From Nemertoderma westbladi (taxonomy: Eukaryota > Animalia > Xenacoelomorpha): a stretch of DNA of 64,000 nucleotides. The notes beneath the pieces were generated by a model that saw only the letters and a program-made list of their open reading frames with translations, searched no databases and had not been told where the DNA came from. Shown here piece by piece: positions 13,251 through 25,557 of the stretch. The DNA lies in the NCBI GenBank assembly GCA_032718475.1, contig JAUCBJ010001563.1, positions 1-64,000 on the forward strand. The letters run 5' to 3'. Both the position numbers and the translations under genes were made by a program. The stretch's first letter is position 1, and each line of letters begins with the position of its first letter.

Positions 13251-13867
13251 CAAGAGCAGGAAGAGCTGCTATATCAAGTACGCGAAAGAACCCTACGCAT
13301 TAGACTAATCCTATCAGCCTTTGAGGAAACTTCCAAAAGAAGACAGGACACGTCGCTGCAAGTTGCTGTCAAGACTTGGTTCCAGCGGGTAGGTCTCAAA
13401 GTACAAGAAACGGCCCAGTGGAAATCCCAGCTGTCTGAGCGACCAACCTATGAAGAATCAACCGATGCCACCTTTTCTCAAGTGGAAAGCGAAGTGACCG
13501 CAGAGAGACCGCGAACGAGAGACGCCATAGACATCTATCTGTCAGACTATCAACGTTTCCTAGGTGATGAAGAGTTGAGGAGACGACTGGCTGGACTTCG
13601 CCCCAATAGTGAAGGAGCCAAGCTTGTGTTGGACTCAATCGATACGGAAATGTTAGCTGCAAACCAAGCTAAATTTGATGAAAAACTCCGCCTCGCTAGA
13701 GTCCAAGAAGAACAAGTGAAGAAAAAACGGATAGAGGAACGAAAGGCAGCAGCAGTAGCATCGGCAATGGCAGAAGCGGAAGCGGCAAAAGCAGCAGCAG
13801 CAAAGGCAGTGGCAGTGGCAGAACTGAGAGCGTCTGAGGAGACTACCCAACTGGAGTTGGAAAATAT
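13251..13867 (+). pseudogene. Fragment of the gag N-terminal region from a relative of the Bel/Pao element at 43658
   Basis: RDAIDIYLSDYQRF.GDEELRRRL.GLRPNSEGAKLVLD...RASEETTQLELENI is shared with ORF 47129-49138. Confidence 0.9.
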
Positions 13868-14641
13868 TAAGTTATAAAGTTATAATAATTATATTCCCGA
13901 GGACTGGATATCACTTATTTGTATTATTGATTAGATTTTAGATACAGTATAAGGAATTAAGGAAATACAGTAGGTAGAACGTACTGTACAGTTATGTATA
14001 AATACTGTAGGTATGCAAGTATTTAAATACAAACTACTACATGTAGAGTACTGTATGGACACGTCCGTGGGGTCCTTCGCGCAGCGCGAGACTGCATAGG
14101 TTTGGTTTAATTTCATCTGTGATAGACTGACTTATTTCGGTTTTCTCAAAAGTCTGAAACTACCGGTACCAACAGAGAGGCCCTCTGATATTTGCGCAAA
14201 CTTCAGGATCTCTCTAAACCTTTGACAGACCACATGTTTACCCAGTTTGTTTAAATATCAGCAATGATTGATCGAATATACTTTCAAGAACTACAGTACA
14301 TACAGTAATTATAAAACATACAAATAATAGGCTACTTGCCGCAGGTAGGATACGAACCTACACGAACTTTTCACTTTTCAAAAAACTTTTCAAAAGATAG
14401 ACTTCATGATTCTCTACAAGCAACCACAATTAATTTCAGCACTGGTAAATGAGGCTTTCCCGAGAAATTTTACATTTTCAAAAAAAACACATAATCTGTC
14501 GTTACTAACTCACGCATTATATTTCACCAAATTTAACAAATTTTTTTAAATTTCCCTCTACTACTGTACTTGCCTACTACAGTAAGTTTGGTTCAATTCG
14601 TAACCAGCAATGTCGAGAAATTCGTGTTCAAACATTTTCCA

Positions 14642-14826
14642 GACAGACGGACGACATGTCCCATTTATCCTATACCTGGTATATGAACGGTATGTCAAGG
14701 CTCGCCGACTACGTGTCTCGCCCTACACACAGCATAAGTGTCGACCATTGGCATACCGGTCGGTGAGCATTGACATACCGGTCATATACCAGGTATGGGA
14801 TAAATGGGGCATGTCGTCCGTCTGTC
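14642..14826. repeat. ~57-bp inverted repeat around a Helentron-like hairpin
   Basis: GACAGACGGACGACATG...TATGTCAA versus TTGACATA...CATGTCGTCCGTCTGTC. Confidence 0.7.
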
Positions 14827-14999
14827 AGTACTGGACAGGGTAACAACAAAGGGTAGACAACATATGGTAGGGGAGACTCAGTGGCAGCCCATAGTTGGTG
14901 GTGAGATATAGTCTAGACAGTTAGCTACCACTTTCAAGGATGCAAGGCAGAGATGAGCCCTGGCGGGTCCCTTTAAAGCATTCGTGCCGAAACGAAAAT

Positions 15000-15079
15000 T
15001 GCCCTGGCCCATGTGAGGATCGAACCCACGACCTACGGGAGATGTGAATTCAATGCAACCACTACATCAAGGTGGAACC
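15000..15079 (-). mobile_element. tRNA-derived SINE head (second family)
   Basis: Minus strand reads GGTTCCACCTTGATGTAGTGG...GGGTTCGATCC; close copy at about 39677-39757. Confidence 0.6.
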
Positions 15080-17414
15080 CCTTTGGGGATCGGCTAGTGC
15101 CTAGAGACTCCGAAATTGGGGATCGGCTAGTGGCTAGAGACTCCGAAGTAATGACATAGGCCTACCGGTACGGTACTGCTGTACTGTACAAGTACGAAAT
15201 TGCAGAATAATAATTTGACACCACCTAGCGGATTAATATATACAGTACAAGCCACCAGAAAAAGCAGATTTCATCCAATGTGATCACATGTGAACACATT
15301 TGTTCAAGTCATCTGATTGGCGAGTTATCTAGCTAACTTGCTGGGACCAACAAAGGCTTAGTGTGCGGTGCGCCTGTATGTCTGATATCAGGTAGATGAG
15401 AGAGCCCACAGGACGTAACATTGCGGACATGGGCTGTATTGGTAGAGAGAGAACTACCCTAGTAGCACAAATCGTTCATGAACGATAAATAACGTTGAAA
15501 ATCAGGACAGTAGTATGAACGTCCAGAACAATGTACTGATTTGCAACGTACATAATTCGTTATCATCATTGAACGTGTCAGGTATGTCGATTTAGGAAAA
15601 AACCTAACGTTGAAGTATGGTGTATGTATGATGACGGTTTATATGCCGTTTAGAACAACTAACGTTTAAAAATCGTATCTATACATGAACCATTCATAAT
15701 TTGTTCAAAAGCTGACCATAAATGGATACACTTAATTATTAAAAAGTACACTATTAATGAACTAATCTCAAACAGTTTAAATACCGTTCAAATAATATAT
15801 ATCCATAGAAACGGTTCATTTGCAATGCATTTAAGGTTCAAAAATTGTCAGGATTATATATCCATAGAAACGGTTCATTTGCAATGCATTTAAGGTTCAA
15901 AAATTGTCAGAATTATGTGAACAAGTTTCTCACGCCATATAAGACAGGCGGAATAGTTCTTGCCCAATGTATTTTACTTACAGCCTTATAGAGTGTGGTA
16001 GTAAACTATTGTAGGCCTATATAATATACATACATAGTAACAGCAAACTGCCTACTAAGGCAGTCAGGTTATACTGTAGGCCAACTGTATGTAGGCCCTA
16101 CCGGTAATGTGTGTACCAGTACCAATGTACCAAAACTGTGCTGATACAGTAGATGCGAGTAGCTGGTTATTCAGTTCATTAAGCTTTGAAATTTTGACAT
16201 GTTTGCGGAAAATCGAAAATGGATGATATAGAATGTCTAAAGAGCGGTTTAGGGACATGCTTTCTCTTTCTCTTTTGACGAACTTTCACTTTCAGAAAAG
16301 GGTCTGAGCGCACCCTCTACTACTGGGATTGGCATGCTGCATTTTAGTTATTACTGTTTAGATTAGTCTGGCAAGTTAGTCTGGCACTTTCCATACTTTC
16401 TTAGTTCAATTTTATCAAGGATAGCATTCAGAATGTAAATCTTGTTGTAAATCTTGTATCTTATTCTGCAAGCAATTTATATTTCTAAAATATTTTACGC
16501 CTATTATCTGCAGTATGACAGTATATTCAGTATTCAGTTTATAATTATTTTTTCGTTAAATTTAACCCACATACTTACCTTGTGCGGTGCTAAAATAACT
16601 CTCTTAAAACATTTTTTTTACTTTTTGATTTCCGGGATTTTGATGGGAAATTTCATTTCACGTTCTTTTCTAGGTTAAAAATATTAAAACTTAAAGTACG
16701 ACGAGAAGAATAAGATAACAACTATTCGATTTAAATAAAGTACAGTACAGTGTAGCAACATCACACTTTGGCTTTTAGTACATTCTGTACGTACACCAAG
16801 ACTTTATTGTACCGGTATTCAACCTGTAGGGCCTACTTTCATTAATTCATTTATTTCTATTTGATGTTTTCCTTGCTTCGCATGACACGGCCTATATAAA
16901 CAAAGCGATCTTTATCCTATAAAGTGATACTTAATTCAGCGTCATATAGGCCTAAATACATAATTAATATTTTGAACAATAACTTTCCTCAAACATGTTA
17001 CTTAATTTCGAAACTTAACATAATAGTGTATACCTACGTATTATATTTGCACCCATGTGAAGAATACCAGGATTTCACTTTTCGGTCGACTTTTTATTGG
17101 TATTTTATATATGAAGATTTTTTTTTTATTATTTATCTTTATTAAGTGTTTTATAGCTTAATGTTTATTTCTGTCTTAATTCCAGTACATAATATACTAA
17201 TTCGTTTATTGTTTTGGTTAGATACTGCCCTTCTGTAACCTGTTTTTTTGGTGAAAATCTGGTATATTCTTCATATGAGGGTATCTGCAAAGTGAAATAT
17301 AACGGCAGAAAGTCTGGTATTCTTCACATGGGGGTAACTGCAAAGTGAAATATAACGGCAGAAAGTCTGGTATTCTTACATTACATGGGCCTATATTAGT
17401 ATATTTGTAAAACA

Positions 17415-19775
17415 ATGTCCTCTTCTTCGAAGCATACCAAATATGTATGTAACAGTACGGTGAGAAATAGAGCATGGCGATCATCGCGATCAATCATTGC
17501 TAATTTGTCGAATTTGGATGATTCTGAATTATTTTTAGAAACAAGTAATGAGAACAATATTACTGTTCTTGGTAGTGAAACAACCACTACGACTCTACAA
17601 TCCTTTACAACCGCTACTGCCAGTGCTGTTACTTCTCCCATCATCCCAACTATTTCTGTATACTCTCCTTGTAATACCATCAGTATTCCAGTGTCAACAA
17701 ATACAATTATTACAAGTTCTACTGATATAGCTCAATGTCAAAATTTGCCCAATGTTCAGAGAGATGCCTTTCAAGGTGATGCAAATATTCCAGGTAATTT
17801 GTTTGTGCCAGACTCTTGCAGTGTCATTGAAAGCAGTTCTGATGAGTCCTTGCAGTGTTCAGATTCTAGTGTGAGCAGTTACAACAGTAGTAGTCCCACA
17901 CCGGACCATTCTCACAATTTACAACTTTCTATGGAAGCAGAGTCTGATGATGAACGCTTATCGCTGAGAACTAAGCTAGCATTGTGGGCATTGTCTGGAA
18001 ATATAACTCACCAACATGTCACACATCTGTTACGAATTCTTAATAAAGAATTGCCGCATGGAAATTTACCAACTGATGCTAGGACATTACTAAAAACGCC
18101 GCGCAATAAACCGTCACTTAAAAATATAGGCACTGGTTGGTACACGTATTTTGGGGTTGAGGCCCATCTTGTCAACTTTTGTAATCAAGAACATGTATTT
18201 CGTAGGTTAGGTGGATCTGCACAATCTGATAATCAAATTAAAGTTGTTATTTGGCTTTGTATCAATATAGATGGGTTGCCTCTCTTCACCAGTTCAAGTA
18301 CAGAATTTTGGCCTATTTTAGGTGACTTCCACTACAAAGCAACACCTAATGGTGTTCAGTCTTACCCAGCAGTGTTTGGTTTGTACTGTGGTCCATGCAA
18401 ACCTAATGATGTGAATATGTTTCTCGAAGACCTTGTAAATGAGCTGCAGCTGTTACTAACTCAGCAAATTGTAGTTGGGAAATTTTCAATCTCACTTAAA
18501 CTTCAGAATTTTGTTTGCGATTATCCGGCCAAAACCTATATTCTGCGAATAAAGTCACATTCTGGGTACTATGGTTGTGACAAATGTTGTTGTAAAGGTA
18601 CATATGTAGGGGGTGGTGTTAAATTTGTTAAAGTTAATGCAGACCAACGAACGGACCAATCTTTTAGAGTAAAAGCTGATGGGCAGCATCATGTTGGATA
18701 TTCAATTTTGGAAAAGCTGCCTATCAAAATGGTTGAACAGTTTCCCATTGATGTTATGCATCAGGTATATTTAGGAGTTATGCGAAAGTTATTGAGGGGT
18801 TGGGTTAGAGGGAAGTCATTCATTAAATGTCACTCTGATGAAATCGCTCAAATGTCACACCATTTACAATCGATAGTTATGCCACGAGAATTTGCCAGAA
18901 AACCTCGCTCCTTGGTATTTATTGATAGATGGAAAGCGACTGAATTTCGACAATTCTTACTGTATACTGGGCCCGTTGTGGTTAAAGGGATACTTCCAGA
19001 AGAACAATATAAACATTTCCTTTGTCTGCATGTTGCAATTCGCTTGTTAAGCACATGCTTTGATATTGATGTTGTAGATTATGCTGACAAACTTCTGCGT
19101 AAATTTGTTACATTAGTTCCACAAATTTATTCACCAGTATTTCTTTCATACAATATGCACTCGCTGATTCATCTTGCAGGTGATGTAAAATTACATGGCA
19201 CATTGTCCAATATATCAGCGTTTCGGTTCGAATCTTTTTTATATCAAATAAAGCGAACTGTACGATCCTATGCTAAACCATTACCTCAGCTCTGTCGCAG
19301 AATTCAAGAACTTTCGTATTATAATATGACTGTTGGTGGACGCCCAGTTGCTCTCGATGTCGATACAAACTTTGTGTGCAGTAAGACTACTGTAAGGTTG
19401 CCAGTTGAATACGAACTGGATTTCAATGGTTATTCTGCTGTTGAATCATACAAATTTATTATTACAACAAAGTTTCCAGACAATATTGTGTTCTGTAGTG
19501 AAACAAAATCATTCTATAAAGTTATTTTTATTTTACAACATAAGCTCACATTAGCAATCCAATGTGTAATGGTCGGATTTGGGGCTTTGTTCCCACTCTT
19601 CGAATTTCCAACCAGTTCTGTAAATCTTGGAATTTATAAAACTGAAAATAAAACATCTGAACATCATGTTATTCTACACCCAAACCGGTTAACCAAAGTT
19701 TGCTGCCTGGAACTCCCAGAAACCAGTAGGTCTACTCCTGATCTTGCCTTTTTCCCACTATTGCACGACCATTAA
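17415..19775 (+). CDS. CACTA/EnSpm-family DDE transposase (786 aa, uninterrupted)
   Basis: Motifs LPTDARTLL, NIDGLPLF, FWPILG, CDYPAK, GYYGCDKC, PIDVMHQVYLGV, WKATEFRQFLLY, YNMHSLIHL, SAFRFES. Confidence 0.9.
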   Translation: MSSSSKHTKYVCNSTVRNRAWRSSRSIIANLSNLDDSELFLETSNENNITVLGSETTTTTLQSFTTATASAVTSPIIPTISVYSPCNTISIPVSTNTIITSSTDIAQCQNLPNVQRDAFQGDANIPGNLFVPDSCSVIESSSDESLQCSDSSVSSYNSSSPTPDHSHNLQLSMEAESDDERLSLRTKLALWALSGNITHQHVTHLLRILNKELPHGNLPTDARTLLKTPRNKPSLKNIGTGWYTYFGVEAHLVNFCNQEHVFRRLGGSAQSDNQIKVVIWLCINIDGLPLFTSSSTEFWPILGDFHYKATPNGVQSYPAVFGLYCGPCKPNDVNMFLEDLVNELQLLLTQQIVVGKFSISLKLQNFVCDYPAKTYILRIKSHSGYYGCDKCCCKGTYVGGGVKFVKVNADQRTDQSFRVKADGQHHVGYSILEKLPIKMVEQFPIDVMHQVYLGVMRKLLRGWVRGKSFIKCHSDEIAQMSHHLQSIVMPREFARKPRSLVFIDRWKATEFRQFLLYTGPVVVKGILPEEQYKHFLCLHVAIRLLSTCFDIDVVDYADKLLRKFVTLVPQIYSPVFLSYNMHSLIHLAGDVKLHGTLSNISAFRFESFLYQIKRTVRSYAKPLPQLCRRIQELSYYNMTVGGRPVALDVDTNFVCSKTTVRLPVEYELDFNGYSAVESYKFIITTKFPDNIVFCSETKSFYKVIFILQHKLTLAIQCVMVGFGALFPLFEFPTSSVNLGIYKTENKTSEHHVILHPNRLTKVCCLELPETSRSTPDLAFFPLLHDH

Positions 19776-19789
19776 ACTGTGATATTTAT

Positions 19790-22663
19790 ATGCTGTGTAT
19801 GATGAAGAACTTTGTTATAGTACATTTCCTCGAAAACGATAGTGTGGATTGGGCACCATCAATGTGGTTGGGCTTGGGAACAAGCGTGGAGCCACCCAAA
19901 TCGTCACTTAGTTATATATTCTGGCCCCCAAAGAACGCCGGTGGAATAACAAGAAGACGAGGTGAAGGCGACGTTACAAAGTGGCCAAAATATAAAATAA
20001 GGATCCTCCAATATACCAGTTAGTTTCGTTCGTCATTGCATTACAAAATATGAAATTGTATTATTATTACTGTAGTACTGTACTATACTATATTAATTAA
20101 TATATCACGACTATTAATTTTCCAGAAATTGTGACACACACTATACTACTTATGTGTATATATACTAGCAGAATTGCCGTCCAAAATGTCTTCATAGCAA
20201 AACAACATTGTACTGAGTGTTGCGCGAGTGTCAAATTTATTAAAAATGAATGTATTATACTGTATGTTGAAAAGAGTCTATTGTGTCATGTATTTTCTCC
20301 ATTTATTTTCTCCATGTATTTTCTTCTTAATACCCCTAGATCCCTTCCTATAATAAACGTATTTTCTCAAATTATATTACATCATAGTGCATGACGATCA
20401 CGATCATGTCATGTTGTTTTTGACTCATGTACATTATTTGTATTATTATCTTCCAGATTCCAATGAACGGGCTGTGATCTTAGCCGCCAAGGCTGAGAAT
20501 GATGGATTAATAACCGAACAATCCACATGCGGCGAAGATGAAGAATCGCAGATTGTTTGCGAACCTCTCAGGAAACGACCCAAGATTAATTATAACATCC
20601 TAAACAGTGATGGGTACATTAATGACGGTGATGAATCATCATCAGATCAGGTAAGTGTTTAGTTTAGAAACAACTTAACAACTTAATGTTTGCAACAGGA
20701 TTGTTCTAGAAAGTTTAAATAATATGCATAGTTACAATAATTAATAATTCCCCCAAATAATTCAACTTTCTTTTAAAAATTCACTTTTTTATCCGCAATT
20801 GCGGACATAATAATTATTTATTACATGGGAAAAAAAGTAAAAATTTTTTTTTCATTATTCTCGAGGCATTTTATTTAGCGAGCGTCAACGAGGTTAATAA
20901 AGGGTCGAGAGCATTTTGAAAGAAAGTGGTCTACGTGTTTTTTCCCATGTAATACGTAATTTTATTCTTAAATTGGTACTTTTTTGTTGCTTAATTGTTT
21001 AATAAAACGTAAAGCGATATAGTGTTACAAAATGTATTGAACTGTAGTTTTTTACTATATTGCTTCCATAGTTACTGCAATTTAATTTACTGTACCCTTC
21101 AACTCCTGATGCTGCCTTACTCAATGTTAAATAATTTAGTGTTCTAGAATATTTATTATGTAACTAGAGAGCCGATTAACAACATAAACAAATATTGGAT
21201 ATTGAGTCCGTTTTGGAGTTCGCCGCGCAGACACTAAAGTTCCAATAATTTTTGAGTGTGGATTTTGCTCAAATTACTTGCTAACCTTTTCTACGTCAAT
21301 GCTCATTGAACACATTTAATAAAATTTACGAAATTCCACCAAAAATATTTTGTTTTACTTTTTTCGCCGGGAAAAAAAGTAAAATCAATGCAATCCTATG
21401 GGTCACTTTTTATCCCTAGGCGAAAAAAGTGCAACTTTTTCTCCCGATATTGGTCTAATAAAACAAAAAAGTTATCTTAAATCTGTTCTATTGCGTTTAG
21501 TTTATTGTTTTGGTTAAAATAACTTGCCACTGTAACCTGCTCATTTCCCTAAATTGAGAATTTAACATTGAGGAGGGAAATTAATTCGCCAAGGCGGGTT
21601 TTGCATCCAATCCCCCCCCCCCCCCCATGTCTCGTTTTTCCACACATGTTAGTTCATTAAATGCTAATTTTGTGCATTTTAGGACGATGCATCTCAGTAT
21701 AATACGTGTAGCAGAGGAATAGATAGCAAATTAAGGAAAGATTTCGATTGTAGAATTATATTTGGAGAAATTCCTCTGTTTCCATCACCAGACCAAGTGC
21801 CATCTGGGTCTGGTGATATAAGTGCAGCAGGTGTCACGATTGGAGAAGCTACTGGGTCTGGTGATGTAAGTGCAGCGGGTGCCACGATTGGAGAAGGTAC
21901 TGGGTCTGGTGATGTAAGTGCAGCGGGAGCCACGATTGGAGAAGGTACTGGGTCTGGTGATGTAAGTGCAGCGGGAGCCACGATTGGAGAAGGTACTGGG
22001 TCTGGTGATGTAAGTGCAGCGGGAGCCACGATTGGAGAAGGTACTGGGTCTGGTGATGTAAGTGCAGCGGGAGCCACGATCCCAGAGCCACCTAATGAGG
22101 ACGAGCAGAATAGAAACGTAGTGCTAGCTACTATTGGACAAGATGCATGGAATTTAATTATGTCTACCGCGGTAGACAATGCCGACATCCAGACACCTTA
22201 TCCTGCTTCAACGTCATCCCAGGCATTGATCGATGAAGTATCCGTGTCCGGACTCACAACAAAGTGTGGCGGAACCACATCAAAAGTAGAAAAGCCAAGC
22301 GCAGTGGCGCAAATATTATCAAATCAGGAGTATATTAAAGAGAATCTTAGAGCCTTAACCCGGCTGATGAAGGCAGTTTTATGCCAATTGAAGACGGCTA
22401 TTCCTATTAACGATGAGGAACTGCAGGATGCTTCCCCATGCACGTATCTACCTTTATCATCATTAGATCAATTTCATGCTCTAGAAGCCAAGCTATGCGA
22501 TCTCTCCTTCTTCAACCGAATGGTTCACGAAATCCAGTGCGTTGGTGGCCCCGACTCCATGGCCACAGTCCGTGCCGCAATGCGCCATTGCATTACCAAT
22601 GATCTTGGGGCGCACTTTAATTGGATAGGATCAAATGGAAAGAAGGCATTTAGAGATACGAAG
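19790..22663 (+). CDS. Spliced accessory gene of the CACTA element, DUF4806-like; exons 19790-20018, 20457-20650, 21683-22663; terminal exon not found
   Basis: GT-AG junctions with matching phases (1, then 0); N-terminal FVIVHF...SVDWAPSMW...WPP; C-terminal LPLSS...LEAKL...VGG...FNWIG..GKKAF typical of DUF4806 proteins. Confidence 0.75.
21805..22080 (+). repeat. 48-bp coding tandem repeat (GSGDVSAAGATIGEGT), about 5.8 copies
   Basis: Units at 21805, 21853, 21901, 21949, 21997, 22045. Confidence 0.95.
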
Positions 22664-22856
22664 GTAATTAATATATAGTATTATCAAGCAATTTGTCATC
22701 AAATTTTATACTACTCCACTCCATTCCATAATTGTTTGATATCGGCTATCGACTTTAGCATGGTCACCAGTCTCTACAACGTTATGTGACAGAATCAACG
22801 GATTCAACGCACTTTGGCTAGTAAATGTGCTTACAATGAAATTATGGCTCATTTTC

Positions 22857-25557
22857 CGTTTATCTACCAATAGTGTTAGCGCTGACTATCTGTTTAACTA
22901 CTAATAGTGTCAGCACTAACTAACCAATTATCTACTAATAGTGTCAGCACTAACTAACCAATTATCTACCAATAGTGTTAATGCTGACTATCCATTTATA
23001 TACCAATACTGTTAGTGCTGACTATCCATTTATATACCAATAGTGATAGTGCTGACTATCTGTTTATATACCGATAGTGTTAGTGCTAACTATCTGTTTA
23101 TATACCAGTAGTATTAGTGCTAATTATCTGTTTATATACCAATAGTGTTAGTGCTAACTATCTGTTTATATACCAATAGTGTTAGTGCTAACTATCTGTT
23201 TATATACCAATAGTGTACCAATAGTATTAGCGCTAACTATCTGTTTATATACCAATAGTATTAGTGCTAACTATCTGTTTAAATACCAATAGTGTTAGTG
23301 CTAACTATCTGTTTATATACCAATAGTGTACCAATAGTATTAGCGCTAACTATCTGTTTATATACCAATAGTGTTAGTGCTAACTATCTGTTTATATACC
23401 AATAGTGTACCAATAGTATTAGCGCTAACTATCTGTTTATCTACCAATAGTGTTAGTGCTGACTATCCATTTATCTACCAATTGTATTAGCGCTGACAAT
23501 CTGTTTATCTACCAATAGTGATAGTGCTGACTATCTGTTTATATACCAATAATGTTAGTGCTAACACTATCTGTTTATAGACCAGTAGTGTTAGTGCTGA
23601 CTATCCTTTTATCTACCAATAGTGATAGTGCTGACTATCTGTTTATATACCAATAGTGTTAGTGCTAACTATCTGTTTATATACCAGTAGTGATAGTGCT
23701 AATTATCTGTTTATATACCAATAGTGTTAGTGCTAACTATCTTTTTATATACCAATAGTGTTAGTGCTGACTATCCAATTATCTACCAATAGTGATAGTG
23801 CTGCCTATCTGTTTATATACCAATAGTGTTAGTGCTGACTATCCATTTATATACCAATAGTGTTAGCACTGACTATCCAATTATCTACCAATAGTGTTAG
23901 TGCTGACTATCTGTATATACCAATAGTGTTAATGCTGACTATCTGTTTATATACCAATAGTGTTAGTGCTGACTATCTGTATATACCAATAGTGTTAATG
24001 CTGACTATCTGTTTATATACCAATAGTATTAGTGCTGACTATCTGTTTATATACCAATAGTATTAGTGCTGACTATCCAATTATCTACCAATAGTGTTAG
24101 TGCTGACTATCCGTTTATCTACCAATAGTATTAGTGCTGACTATCTGTTAATCTACCAATAGTATTAGTGCTGACTATCTGTTTATATACCAATAGTGTT
24201 AGTGCTGACTATCCTTTTATCTACCAGTAGTGTTAGTGCTGACTATCCTTTTATCTACCAATAGTGATAGCGCTGACTATCTGTTTATCTACCAATAGTG
24301 TTAGTGCTGACTATCCATTTATCTACCAATACTGTTAGTGCTGACTATCCATTTATCTACCAATACTGTTAGCGCTGACAATCTATTTATCTACCAATAG
24401 TGTTAGCGCTGACAATCTGTTTATCTACCAATAGTGTTAGCGCTGACTATCCTTTTATCTACCAGTAGTGTTAGTGCTGACTATCCTTTTATCTACCAAT
24501 AGTGATAGCGCTGACTATCTGTTTATCTACCAATAGTGTTAGTGCTGACTATCCATTTATCTACCAATACTGTTAGTGCTGACTATCCATTTATCTACCA
24601 ATACTGTTAGTGCTGACTATCCATTTATCTACCAATACTGTTAGCGCTGACAATCTATTTATCTACCAATAGTGTTAGCGCTGACTATCTGTTTATCTAC
24701 CAATAGTGTTAGTGCTGACTATCCATTTATCTACCAATACTGTTAGTGCTGACTATCTGTTTATATACCAATACTGTTAGCGCTGACAACCTATTTATCT
24801 ACCAATAGTGTTAGCGCTGACAATCTGTTTATCTACCAATAGTATTAGTGCTGACTATCCATTTATCTACCAATACTGTTAGTGCTGACTATCCGTTTAT
24901 CTACCAATAGTATTAGTGCTGACTATCTGTTTATATACCAATAGTATTAGTGCTGACTATCCATTTATCTACCAATAGTATTAGTGCTGACTATCCATTT
25001 ATCTACCAATAGTTTTTGCGCTGACTATCCATTTATCTACCAATAGTGTTAGTGCTGACTATCCATTTATCTACCAATAGTGTTAGCGCTGACTATCCTT
25101 TTATCTACCAATAGTGTTAGTGCTGACTATCTGTTTATCTACCAATAGTATTAGTGCTGACTATCTGTTTATATACCAATAGTGTTAGTGCTGACTATCC
25201 TTTTATCTACCAATACTGTTAGCGCTGACAATCTATTTATCTACCAATAGTGTTAATGCTGACTATCTGTTTATCTACCAATAGTATTAGTGCTGACTTA
25301 TTTGTTTATATACCAATAGTGTTAGTGCTAACTATCCATTTATCTACCAATAGTGTTAGCGCTGACTATCCTTTTATCTACCAATAGTGTTAGCGCTGAC
25401 TATCTGTTTATCTACCAATAGTATTAGTGCTGACTATCTGTTTATATACCAATAGTATTAGTGCTAACTATCCGTTTATCTACCAATAGTATTAGTGTTG
25501 ACTATCCATTTATCTACCAATAGTGTTAGTGCTGACTATCCATTTATCTACCAATAG
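22857..25557. repeat. 34-bp minisatellite (CTACCAATAGTGTTAGTGCTGACTATCCATTTAT), left block
   Basis: Head-to-tail units with no spacers. Confidence 0.97.

Larger units (their letters stand above)
15457..22663 (+). mobile_element. CACTA/EnSpm (CMC) transposon: putative left end plus two genes; right end not identified
   Basis: TA|CCCTAGTAGCAC resembles animal EnSpm termini and is followed by AACGTT-rich subterminal sequence; transposase and DUF4806-like gene lie downstream. Confidence 0.6.

Noticed and set aside
21694-22188. Minus-strand Pro-rich ORF (and the similar 48109-48510)
   Set aside because: Antisense reading of coding tandem repeats.
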